Assembly (NCBI GenBank): GCA_051294375.1
Contig: CM119267.1
Coordinates: 15,168,105-15,232,104 of the forward strand
Length of the DNA: 64,000 nt
Direction: 5' to 3'
Source: Paraspadella gotoi
Lineage: Eukaryota > Animalia > Chaetognatha
The position numbers were made by a program, and so were the translations under genes. Positions 29,466 through 41,221 of this stretch are shown here, in pieces (the first letter of the stretch is position 1; each line of letters begins with the position of its first letter). Under the pieces are notes generated by a model. That model did not search any database, was not told where the DNA came from, and saw only the letters and a list, made by a program, of their open reading frames with translations.

Positions 29466-29942
29466 TCATGACGTTTTTGATTCTTCGGCGATTTCCATTT
29501 GAGTTATTTTTGAGAGTATAGCGCGATCTCTCTTTCCTCTCGCTATTTTCCTTGTTTTCTCGAGAGCTTTTTTGAGAATACGACTTTCTTTCTCTTTCAA
29601 GAGTTCGTTCCTCATCTCCGCCAATCTTCTTTTCCAGGACTTCATCCTCGTTTTGCGTTTTTCTTCGCGCTTGCGGTCTCGAGCGATCTCGCGAGCTTTT
29701 TCAGTGGCCCACTTCTTCCGGAACTCGACGAGACATTCCTCTGAAGTTGATTTCGTCAACCTGATCGGTTCGTCTTCTGAGTCCGACGACGAAGTTTCGT
29801 GGTGCCACTTGGACACCTCGATGATCTCGATGATGTCATCGTCGAAAAACTCCGGGATGGATGACGAGGAGTTTGACGAATGAGATTCTGCCAAGGTTGG
29901 CGTGTCTTCGTCGATGATTATGATTTCCATCGATTCTTCCAT
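29466..29942 (-). CDS. Orphan protein of about 158 aa with an acidic Ser-rich N-terminus and a basic, coiled-coil-like C-terminus; frameshifted inverted copy at about 28205-28680
   Basis: MEESMEIIIIDED...SSSDSEDE...EFRKKWATEKAREIARDRKREEKRK...; non-microsatellite ORF inside the element with no recognised domain. Confidence 0.5.
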   Translation of the reverse strand: MEESMEIIIIDEDTPTLAESHSSNSSSSIPEFFDDDIIEIIEVSKWHHETSSSDSEDEPIRLTKSTSEECLVEFRKKWATEKAREIARDRKREEKRKTRMKSWKRRLAEMRNELLKEKESRILKKALEKTRKIARGKRDRAILSKITQMEIAEESKTS

Positions 29943-30268
29943 TTTGGAATGAAAATTAAACAAGCTGGATATCTGTAGGTAAGTTGGGTTGAAAACATGT
30001 TGAAATTTTCTAATATTTTCTTTACAGGTTGCGAGAATTTGGACTTCATCGGAACAGGTAAATTTAAAATGTTTGGTTTGTTTGTATTAATATTTTAATT
30101 TTTATTATTTTTTATTTTAGGTTCGACGCGACGAGGGATTCGACGGGACGAGGGATTCGACGGCGACAAAGAATTCGACTGGACCAGGTGAATTTTGTTT
30201 CTTATCGTCTGTACGACACTGTACGACCTCTCTTAAGTATTAGTGTCCGTGATACGTACAGGGGGGAG

Positions 30269-30802
30269 TGTAAAGAGAGATCGTACGCGTGCAATACTTG
30301 GCGTCGTTATGTAAATACTGATCTTTGTTAGTTCGTTGCCAACCATTTTAGAAAAGCTCAGTACTGTTAAAAAGAACGCCAGGGATCGCCCGTTAACGGA
30401 AGATATTAAGATATTTTTCTACACTCCCCTGAGGATGCCTACTACGTTTTTAATATTTAGTACTGTTTTACGCCTCAGCCTAAAAATGTCCCTAAATGAA
30501 GATTTCCACGGTCAGTAACGTAATTGATGATGTAATCGCCAATGTGAAGTGAAGTAGTATTGTTAAAGACCTTCAAAGTAGAGTAAATTAGCAAACAATA
30601 ATTAATTATTTCTCATTTCAGTATCATACTTAGTAGACTTCTTCCGGGGAGTGCTTTTTTGTTTTCCTCTGACCGTCAGCTGGAGCGCCCTGGCGTCACG
30701 TAAAACAGTACTGAGGATTTCTAACTCCTTGACTACGATAAACAAATGATCTTTGTTTACGATATGACGCCAAGTCGCTCGCCCGTACGACCTCTCTTTA
30801 CA
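30269..30802. repeat. Right terminal repeat, 534 bp, TG...CA, imperfect palindrome with about 185-bp arms
   Basis: Begins TGTAAAGAGAGATCGTACG and ends CGTACGACCTCTCTTTACA (18/19 inverted match). The arms share CTTGGCGTC, CTCAGTACTGTT, ACGCCAGGG and CACTCCCC blocks in mirror order. Confidence 0.8.
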
Positions 30803-32696
30803 CGATGACTGGCGAAAAAAAATGCTTCCCGATACTACAAAATATAAAATCGATTAGAAAATAGCTGTAACACAATCAATATAAAGTATTCAATAAGACC
30901 TATGACCGATTCATTATATTCTAAATAAACAATCGAGGTCTCGATCCCGAAACCTTTCCATCCCCAACTCTCCGCATTTACAACAAATTGAATCGAGAAA
31001 AGTTTCGACAAAAACCTCGTTCGTCGAAGTGTGAAACTCGTTGGGATTTTCCAGCGGAGAAATGATGGATTGCCGCTCGCGCGTCGAGCCCAGTTTTGGC
31101 TCAAGTGGGAGACAAATTGATTTTCTTTCTTTATTTTTATTTTTTCCTTTTTGCTTCTAAAGCTACAAAAGAACAAAGTTTTTAACTTCTCAGCCGTCGT
31201 CGTCTTCGTTAGCGTTGTCGTCGTCTGGGCCGCTACCGTTCGCTAGGATCCTCCCCCACTTTATTCGCATCAACGTTTGGGGGGGGGGTGTGGAACCGAG
31301 AAATGTGAGACTTGAAGATTTTGTTACGTTCATTTCCCTCCCAAGGAAGCCTGATAATGCGGTCACCGAAGACGAGGGTTTCTCTGTCCTCGCAGTCGTC
31401 ATCGTGTTTTTTTGTTTTGTTTTAATTGTCAATGTTTCCCACCCAGGTGGTTGACTTCGACGTCGCCGTCTTGATGACAATTTGTCATTGCCGTTCTGTA
31501 TTATTATCATTGTCGTTGTCATCATTGTCATCTTTTAGTTTAATCTTCATTCCTGACATCACCTTCACCTTCATCGTTATCGATATCATCGTCGCCATCA
31601 GCCGCCACTATTCCGCAATGTCATTACCGTCGTCGTCCGTATCGATAGCGCCATCGTCGTCCCCACCGTCGTCGTCGTCGTCTTCGCCCTCCCCCCCCCC
31701 ACCCCCACCCCGTCCTCATCTCTATCCGGGTCTCATCTGGCGGAATCCGCGGGATTCGTGGAGGGAATTCGTCAAATGGTAAATATTCGTTTTAAAAACT
31801 TTTAACGATTTCGCCGCCAAAAAACTAAAACTAAAACTAAAACTAAAAGTGTCGAGCGCCTAATTGAAAAGTGGCTCCGCGCACATGGGCGCTCCGGTAG
31901 CGGGGCTGGCTGACGGCTGCGGGGAGGGAGAGGCAGCGGCGGCGGCGGCGGCGGCGGCGGCGGAGGCGGTATCAGCGACGAAGTCTTGACTCCCAATCAA
32001 TTTCAATTCTTACGCTTCTTGAAAAAAAAAAATTCATTTCTTTTTTTTTTCAATTACTTTCAAGGTTCGACTAGTACTAACTAACATGGTTACAACATTC
32101 AGAAACATTAATATCACATTTAACTTGGAAGTGGCCGCTTGCTTAGTTGCCCTTCAAGAAACAGTAAACATCAGGGTACAAATCTTATTTCTCCCAACAG
32201 AACGAAAGCGACCCGTAAGAGCAAGCAAACACACAAGCTCTCTCCTTCTTCTACAATCTTGGCATCGCTTCGCACGGAGGCAACCTTCATTGCAAGCTTA
32301 GTTGCAACTGGGATTGCACTCCCGCGCATTCGCTTCTCTGCCGCAATTTTTCGAAACTGCGCGCGGGAAGAACGAAATAAATGGCGCCATCAAAGTTGGC
32401 AACAAACGTCAAACGGTAATCGAGAAAGAGTGAGAATTTGCAAGCTGAGGGGAGAGGACGGGCAAGCTGGAGACAAGCGGGAGGAAGGGAGCAAGCAAAG
32501 CAAGTGAGAAAGGGAGAATTGTAAAGACAGGGAGAAAGACTCGTATCAGACGGAAATCAAGATAACGAGAATATGCTGTTTAAGCAATTGCTGGAAAGCG
32601 GGACAAAGAAAAAAAGGTCGGAGAAATAAGACGTCTCAGGAGCAAGAAGCCAGAAAGTTAGAAAAAAAATTGAGGAGAAAATAGCAGAGTTTAAAA

Positions 32697-32751
<55 letters not shown>

Positions 32752-33009
32752 TCGTTTTTTCCCTCTGATTACACTTGCAACAAACTTGTTTGTGTGAACG
32801 GACGCGATCGGAATGGCGGGAAAATAGAGAAAGAAGGGGGGCGGGTAGGTTGTGAGGAGTTGTGAGGAGAATGAGAAGAAGGAAGAGGGTTTAAAGGTAA
32901 GCTAGGGTTAGGGGGAGTGGGGTCGAAGAAAGGGATGATAGAAAATGGATAAACGTCTTAGTACTAATGGTTTCGGTCTCAACGTAGGACGCCCGTAACT
33001 CGGAAATCA

Positions 33010-33108
33010 GCGTCGGCCGCTGCATCGGCCGCTGCATCGGCCGCCGCCTCGGCCGCCGCATCGGCCGCCGCATCGGCCGCCGCGTCGGCCGCCGCATCGG
33101 CCGCCGCT
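33010..33108. repeat. 12-bp GC-rich tandem repeat (GCATCGGCCGCC), about 8 copies
   Basis: Direct tandem copies with a CGGCCG palindromic core. Confidence 0.9.
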
Positions 33109-33898
33109 GCGATAACAGTTTCCTCTTTTCCATCCAACGTTCACGAGGTTTTTTCAAGAGGTAATTTTTCTGATTCGTGTTATTTGAGTATTCTAGTAAT
33201 TTAATTTCGATTATCTTTGATGTTTTAATCGATTCGTTATTTTTTAATTCCAGCACGGGTATGCCATGCTAACTTATGCAACATGTTTAATCATGAGTTT
33301 ATCAATGTCATAAAAAAGGCGCGGCTTTATATCCGCTCGAATAGACTCGCGTTTCATTTTTCACCGTCCGACTTTTCACAAACGTCGCTCTCTCCTGTGA
33401 GTCTCACGCGACGACGTAAAAATAAAGAGATAATCTCTCGAGGAATCGTTACTTACCTCCGCCTTTCCTCCGCCCCCTCCTCTCTCTCCTCTCCCCCCCC
33501 CCGCTCCTCATCGATCCCACAATTTTTCAATTGCGTTTTTCCAAGAGTCAACGATTCAATATAAAACTCGATTTCTGCCTCCGCGGAAAAACCCGTCGTC
33601 GCCACGGTTTGTATAAAATAAAAAGTATTAAAAAAAAAACGAAGCGCAACATAAAAAATATTATTTATTATTTAAAAGGGAAGGGGGAAAAATGAAATCT
33701 AATTTTTAATTATTAAAGAAAAGAAAAATAAAAACATAAAATGGAAGGAAATTGTCGTTTAGACGAATCGAAAATGTGAAGGAGAGAGAAAAACACAAAC
33801 GAGAGTTTTTTTTTCTCTCTATCGATACAAAAGGTTTTTTTCTGGAAACTGAGAGAGAAAAAAAACAAAGAAAAACCGTAAAAAAATGAAATGGAGGG

Positions 33899-33972
<74 letters not shown>

Positions 33973-34115
33973 CGTTTGTTGCGGCCACGAGATGACGTTG
34001 TGCGGCCTTCGAAAAAAGGAATATGAACCGAAGGCGGTGAGTTGAAAGAAAAAGAAAGAAGGAAAAAAATGGAAAGAAAAAAAAAGTAAAAAAGAAATAA
34101 ACGAAAAAATAAAAT

Positions 34116-34202
<87 letters not shown>

Positions 34203-36081
34203 AAAAAAAGAAAAGAAAAGAAGGCAAAAAACAAGAGCAGGGAAAAATGGCGTTGGGCTGTAATTAGCTGAGGTGGACGGCCGAAAGGGTATGTTTAGAA
34301 TAAGAAAACATTCATTTGGCATCCTTTCCTCCTTTTCCTCCAAGAACGAAAAAACATCAGGGTTGTCTTCATCATCTTTATCATCATCAAAAAAAAACAT
34401 AATCATTTCAATCTTAATCAAATCATTTTCATCAACAACAATAACATTGTCATCCACAACAAAAAGACCAATCATCTTCATCATCATTATCAGCAAAAAC
34501 AGAAGCAAAAACTACATCATCATTCATCATCATCATCATCATCATCGTCATCATCATCATTATCCCCAGTTCTCCTTTTTCCACTCACAAACAACGTCCT
34601 TTTCTGTTTGGTGCTTCCTATTTTCCTCTCTTCTCCAATCGCTGTGAAATCTTCAGTGAAGGCGCAACAAACGTCAAACTTAACCACAGTGAAACCACAA
34701 CCGTCATCGTCGTGGAAAATTACAAAATCTTTTTCCGGCATTAAACCCTTGTGCGATTAACTGTTATTAATTGTCGAGGAGAGCTGACATCCAAAGAGAA
34801 TTGACAACAGGTGCAGAGACGACATAGTCAACCAACGACGCCCACATTCTCCCTCTCGCGGCGAAACAAGGAAAAACAAACTCGACAACAACGACGACGA
34901 TGAAAAAACAACGCGACGGAAGCCAATAAATAAAAAATTCAACGAGCGGCAATTTCATTTAAAATTCAGGGGGAAAAAATGGCCATTGGGTAATTAAAAC
35001 GACGGAGAAGGTAGGGAAATTTTTAAGGCTTTTTTTTTTTAGACAAAACGGCACTGAGTGGGAGGATTTTGAGAGAGATAATTTTTTTTATTATTATTAT
35101 TATTTTTAATTTTTAAGCGAATATGTGTGCGTTTTTTTTGGTTATTTTTATTATTGCCGTCCCCGTTTTATCAAAAATCGGATAAAAAATACATAATTTT
35201 GTTTTTAATAAAAAAATCTCTAAATATATGTACTAAAAAAAGAAAAAATGTTGTGTAATGTAGTTAAGAGAGAATTACTTTTTTCAAAAAACGCGAAAAC
35301 GGTCAATGATCGATTCGGATAAAGGAAGGAGCGATGAAGGATTAATTAGCAAATTAATTAATTAATTAATTAGATCAATCACAACAACTTTCCTCATCTC
35401 AAAAATATCGTTTTTAGACAAATGAGCATCTTTTTTTACGTAATCTTTCTCCTCTTTCTTCTCATTCTCCGCTTTCTTTTTGACTAAACTTAATTCTCGA
35501 GGGAAATAAGTCAAATATGACATCTTTTCCTCTTCGATAAGGAGCAAGGCCTCGGAGCTTGTCTACACAAACGGCGATGGGGAGGAGGAAGCGTGGAAAG
35601 GAGGAAAAGGTATTCACAGATCACTATCAAAAATGATCAAAGCCTGGAGGGAAAAGGTAATAAAAGCAGAAGTCTTTAAGTCTTAAGAAAAGTTTCTCAT
35701 TTTTGTCGCATTGACTACGGGCAAGGTTGTTAAACGGGTCTAAATCTAGTCAAATAAATAAAAACTGTTCTAATTACTGAGACTAACTTATAATTTTAAA
35801 AATGTTAACTCAACTACTGGAAGGTAAATAAATATTTTGGGATCACCTTCAAATCTTGAGAAAAAAATTAGCGAAGTGCTTTTAAAATGCAGTACACGGC
35901 GGAGATTTAATGATCGAAATCATTCAAAAACAATACAGATAACAATAACGAAACGTAAAAACGAACAAAAATACGCAGGTCAGAAATCGGACTTTTGGAT
36001 TAAGAATCAGTCAAATTCTTCAGTCATTTTCATCTTTAGAAAAGTCGTCGTTGTCGTCGTCATTCCACGAAAAGAAAACCA

Positions 36082-39000
36082 TCAACCAACAATGCCGGCG
36101 TCTTTGGCCAGAGCGTAAAAGGCCGAGCTCTCGTCCTCGAGCAACCTGGTCGGATCTTCGAACTCGACCATCTCCCCATCGCTCAGCACCATGACCTTGT
36201 CGTAGTCGAGGACGGTCTCGAGCCTGTGGGCGACCGTGACGACGGTGCAGCCGACGAACTCGCGTCGAATCGTCGACTGAACGAGAACGTCCGTGTTGGC
36301 GTCGACCGCGGACGTGGCTTCGTCGAGGACGAGCATCTTGGCGTCTCTAAGAGAGGCTCTGGCCAGACAGAGAAGTTGTCTCTGGCCCACGGAGAGATTC
36401 TCCCCGCCTTCGACGCACTCGTGGTCGAGCTCGTCGGGCAAGGAGCGGACGAAGGCATCGAGGTGTGCCACTCGCAGTGCGTTCCAGAGGCGGGCGTCTT
36501 CGTGAAGGCGGAAGGGATCGAGATTGTCGCGCAGCGTCCCGGCGAAGACGACGGGGTCTTGGGGGATGACGGCGATGTTGGAGCGGAGGACGTGGAGGCC
36601 TAGGAGAGAGGCGTCGAGGTCGTCGATCTCCACGCGGCCGGACGACGCCTCGAGGATGCGGAAGAGCGCCAGGACGAGGCTGGACTTGCCGGCGCCGGTT
36701 CGGCCGACGACGCCGACGCGTTGACCGGCCGCGACGTCGAAGGTGAGGTTCTTGAGGACGAGATCCATGTTATCTCTGAAAAGTCGAATGGAGCTTGAGT
36801 GTTTAAAAAGTAATTTTTAATAAATTAAATTAGATGACTACAAATAAATTATATTAAAATCTAATATTCATATGCCACAATTGCCAGAAGTTGGACGTTA
36901 TTGATTTAAAATTTTAATAATCCATAAATAAATTTTGATGACTTTTTGCAGCATTTATTACCATTATTATTATCAATCAGTTTATCATCATTATTATTTT
37001 GTCTTCTTCACGAACCTGTATCTGACGCAGTACTGTCGAAACGCTATTTTCCCTCCAACAGGCCAACCCTTGACAAGATTTTCTGAGAGTTCATTCTTCC
37101 ACGGAGCCTCCGTTGGCAACTCGCAATATTCCACGATCCTCTCCACGGAGACTAAATTGTTCTCGAACTCGGAAAGTGAACGAATGAAGCGTCCGAGGAA
37201 GCGCGTGATGTTGATGGCGTAACTTAAAAAGTTAATAAATAAGATTAATGTTACTATTTATTAAGTTAAAAGCGCAAATTTTTCTCTCGGCCTAATAAAC
37301 AGTTGATAATATCTTTTACCTGATGGTGAGGCCAGCTACTCCTGGTGTGATGGTTTTATTGAGGACCGCATAGACCGAGCAGAAAAACACGACGAAAGAA
37401 GCGGTTAAGTTGAAGGAAATGATGATCCATCGGTCCGCACCATGGATCAGTAGATTGACCTTTTGGTTGAAAAAAAAAATTCAAGTTTTAGTTATAACGA
37501 AGAGTCTTTCATTTAATATATTAGCAACTCTTACCTTGAAATTTTCATCGACGAGAGAAACGCAGAGCTCTTTGAACCCTTTTTGCCGACGAAAGGCTCG
37601 AATCACTGCCACGCCCAGATTCGTTTCGGCGAAAAGGCTGAAGATGGGCGACCTGGAAATGGCCTCCAACCGACGCAGCTGTCGCGCCGCCCCGATGTAG
37701 ATCCGCTGCAGGACGACGAAGCAGAGCAGGATTAAGGGAATCGCTGTGAGGAACCAGGGTAAGTAGATGGAAATGATGACGAGGGCGGCGACGACGTAGA
37801 TCATGGTGCTGTACAGCATGAAGAGCGTTTCCGGGATTTTGAGGTCGACGGCGTCCATGTCGGAGGAGAATCGGTTCATTAGGCGACCGGAGGGAACTGC
37901 AAAGTTCAAAGTGCAGATCATTTATTTTTGGGGATGTAAATGCTTAATTTTTTTAAATTTTACATATACGTACGTATGTGCACAATGAGAGTGTTTATGT
38001 GAAGGCCGAGGAAAGAAATACATTTACATTTTTTCCTCCCTCTCTCTCTATTTTCCCAACTTCAGCTGCTTTCGTTTTTTCGTTTAAAGGACCATAGATT
38101 ACTTTACACTGAAAATCTACTGTTAATTTTCCAAGCAAGCTATATTATGCCATACCTGTTTCGAAAAAGCTGAGCGGATAAGCCAATACTCGAGCGGTGA
38201 GCGAGTTATGAAGCCGAAAAGCCGCGTTCAACGTCCCGTTAACTTTAAGAAAGACCGCAAGGACGAGACAAACGGAACCGGTAATGTTGAAAACGTCATA
38301 AACGATCAATCGGTGAAGGTAATCATAAGAATTCACGTAAATTTTCGAAGAATTTAAAGTTTCGTTGAGAACGAAACTCAGGACCTCGTTGGTCTCGTCA
38401 GTCCATTCAGAGAGCCAGGCGTTGGAAGCCAATTCCAAACCCCTCAAGCCGACGAAAGCGATTACGATGCCGACGGAAATGGGCCAACCCATCAATTTGA
38501 GATAAGTCACGTACGTCAACAATCCCACGTGACCTCGCTTCGCTTCTTCCGTCGTCACGAGTTTTCCATCGCCATTTTGAGTTTTATCTTTTTTCTGGAT
38601 TTTTTTGCGAGAAACTATTTCAACTTTGTCGTTTTCGTTTTCCGGTTTCTTCGACGCGAACTTGGCGAAAGAAGAGAAGGAAGGATTTAGAATTAATTCC
38701 TCGTATTTTCCCTTTTCTATCATTCGTCCTTCCTCCAGAAAAACCACATTGTCCATAAAGGGCAAATACGTTAAATTGTTGGTGACAACGATCCTGCTTT
38801 TCCCACCAAGCAGTCCGTCGGTGGCGAGGACGTTTTCGAAGAGGTGCTTGGCCACGTGGGAGTCGACGGCCGAGAGAGGATCGTCGAGGAGATAAAGATC
38901 CGCCTCGGCGTAGATGGCGCGGGCGAGCGACACCCTCAGTTTTTGTCCGCCGGACAAGTTGATCCCTCGCTCGCCAATCTCCGTTTCGTCTCCGGCGGGC

Positions 39001-41186
39001 AAGACGTTGAGATCGGGTCCCAACGCGCATGCGTGGACTATCCGCTCGTACTTTTCCGATTCCATCGCCTTGCCGAAGAGGATGTTCTCCTTGACGGTCC
39101 CGTTCTGAATCCAGGGCTGCTGGGCGACGTAAGCGAGGTTTTCCTCCACAACGAGTTTCCCGCCAATTTTGAAAGTCTCGCCGAGAATGGATTGAAGGAG
39201 CGCTGATTTTCCGGCGCCAACCGCGCCCACGATCGCCAACGCTTCTCCACGGAGGAGATAGAAGGTGATGTTATTCAAGAAAGCCGACGATTTTGGCGAC
39301 CACGAAAAGGAAGCGTCCTCGAGAGTGACGGCCACGCCCTCGGGCGGGTCGCGTTCGATGGCGTCGAGCGGAACTTCGTCGAGGGAGAGAAAAGAGCCGA
39401 TGCGTCGACCGGCGACCAGCATCTGCGAAGCGGATGTGATGGCGTTCGGCAGGTGCCACAGAGGAAGTCGGAGCGTATTGAAAAGAGATAAAGATACGAA
39501 AGCCTTTTCGGCGGTGAGTACTTCGTTGGATGAAAGGACGAAGGTTGTTAAAGACAACATGGCAACGACGAGGGGCGTGATGTTGAACAAGAGAGACAGG
39601 CCGGCCTGCCAATAAAGCAACCGCTTTAAAAGGTTCAACTCCTCCTTTCTCAAATCGCCGACCCTGCTTTCGAAAGATCGTTCCCAGGCGTAAAATTTGA
39701 CCATTTTGATTCCGTTGAGAATCTCGTTGATAAGTTTGAATCGCGAATCCTTCAACTTCATGTTCTCCGCCTGCTTGTCGCGGATTCGTCCGCTGACCAA
39801 CACGTTGAAGGGGATGAGCGCTAATAAAAACGCGAGACTGGAAAGAACGGAGAGGCCGATCTGATGGTAGATGAGCCAGATGGCGATGGCCAATTGCACG
39901 GGCGTCAAGACCCCGGTGATGAGCATTTCCACGCCGTCGAAATAACGAGAAGCGTCGATGCTCATGAGATTGACGATCTCCCCGATGGTCGAAGTCCTTC
40001 GCGCCGCCATCGTTATTCTCAGGCTTTTGGCGAATATGGCCGCCCTGATGGTGTTTTGGATCTTGGTGCCGACCAGCTTTGTTTCCATCCAGTAATAATT
40101 ATTCGAGAAAGATTGGATTGCGGAGGCCAAGAAGAGCAACGTCGAGTAGAATAATCCTTCAGAAAGCCAATTCGATCGTCGATTTTGTGCTTCGACGTCG
40201 TTGTCAAAGCGATTCGAAATGTGGTTTAACAACCAACCGAGACACACGGGTTTGAATAATTCTAGGGCGATGAAAAGGATTCTGAGAAAAAATAGCCAAG
40301 TTAGCAACACGGCGTGGCAAGAAATTAGCGTTTTTGTCACGGATTGGGATTTATTTTGGGGAGAAAAATATTTTTCGTGAAATTTTTGGGACAAGTATTT
40401 GCATTTAAAGTTTTTCGGTAGATTATGCAGGTCAGATATTGTCAAAGACATTTTGAAGCCTTTAAACAATAATGGCATTATCCAATATCCCATTAGACGT
40501 GAGAAAATGCTCGCCGATTCAAACGGGCAGTCATTTTGACTAGTGTAATTTTGACAGCACGAGAGTATTAAGAGCAAAAATGACGTTGCTGCCGTCAAGT
40601 AGGTTGTCACAGCCGAGGTGAGTTTGAGATCGTATTGCGGAGCAGCAGCCTCTACCCAAGAGGACCTTCTCGCGTGATGCTGCAGCGGAAGTAACTGCAG
40701 CGCGAACGTCAGTAGCCAGTAAAAGAAAACCGCCGTGGCGGCGCGGCTTGACTCGTAGCGTTCCAGGTTTGTGAGCAGCATCGTCAAGGAAATCGAAGAG
40801 ACGAGAACGACTTGATTGACGACGGGGGCGTTCGACGCGAAAAAGTCCGACGCGCCCTCCAGGGATCGTCGGTAGTGCAAGAATAAAGCCAATTTGGTCA
40901 GAGTGCAGCAAATCGATAGTAAGGCGAGAATTTGTTTGAAGACGTGAAGAATTAAATCGAGTTTTCGTTGCATCGGATTTTTTCGTTTCACTTTTATGAT
41001 GGAAGGTCGACAACAACAGACGAGAATGAGGAAGATCGATGGAACCCAAGATGGAATCGTGTCGAGGAAACAGACGGTAAAGTCTGGATTGGGTGATTGC
41101 CAAAAATCCTCCTTGCCCCAGAGTGGAGACTCGCCACAGTAGTCGCCCAAAAACAGAGAAGCGGATTCGTTTACAGTCGAAGTCAT
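36082..41186 (-). CDS. Long-form ABCC (MRP1-like) multidrug-resistance ABC transporter; exons 41186-38156, 37896-37535, 37459-37320, 37222-37016, 36775-36082; 4434 nt = 1477 aa + stop
   Basis: TMD0 start PDFTVCFLDTIPSWVP resembles MRP1. NBD1 has Walker A GAVGAGKS, signature LSGGQ and degenerate Walker B YLLDD. TMD2 has FFET|VPSGRLMNRFSSD, LRRLEAISRSPIFS and VSVERIVEY. NBD2 has GRTGAGKS, LSVGQ and LVLDE. All four introns are GT-AG and the frame stays open across the junctions. Confidence 0.96.
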
Positions 41187-41190
41187 ATTC

Positions 41191-41221
<31 letters not shown>

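Larger units (their letters stand above)
24841..30802. mobile_element. Non-autonomous LTR-like element with no RT, integrase or transposase motif; the locus is complicated by a probable assembly duplication
   Basis: Near-identical 349-bp direct repeats at 24841-25189 and 30454-30802. CGATG lies immediately outside both ends (24836-24840, 30803-30807). AGGGGGGAG|TGTAAAG polypurine-tract/LTR-start junctions occur at 30260-30275 (+) and 25198-25183 (-). Confidence 0.7.

Noticed and set aside
24841-31140. Hammerhead ribozyme in the terminal repeats (Penelope pLTR or retrozyme)
   Set aside because: No CTGANGA...GAAA core with flanking stems was seen on either strand by eye.
32086-32507. Short ORFs and possible ncRNA near 32.1-32.5 kb; also ORF 41840-42166
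   Set aside because: No recognisable motif, consistent splice chain or RNA-family signature.
36183-41103. Alternative-frame and antisense ORFs overlapping the ABCC gene
   Set aside because: Shadow ORFs expected from GC-rich codon usage.
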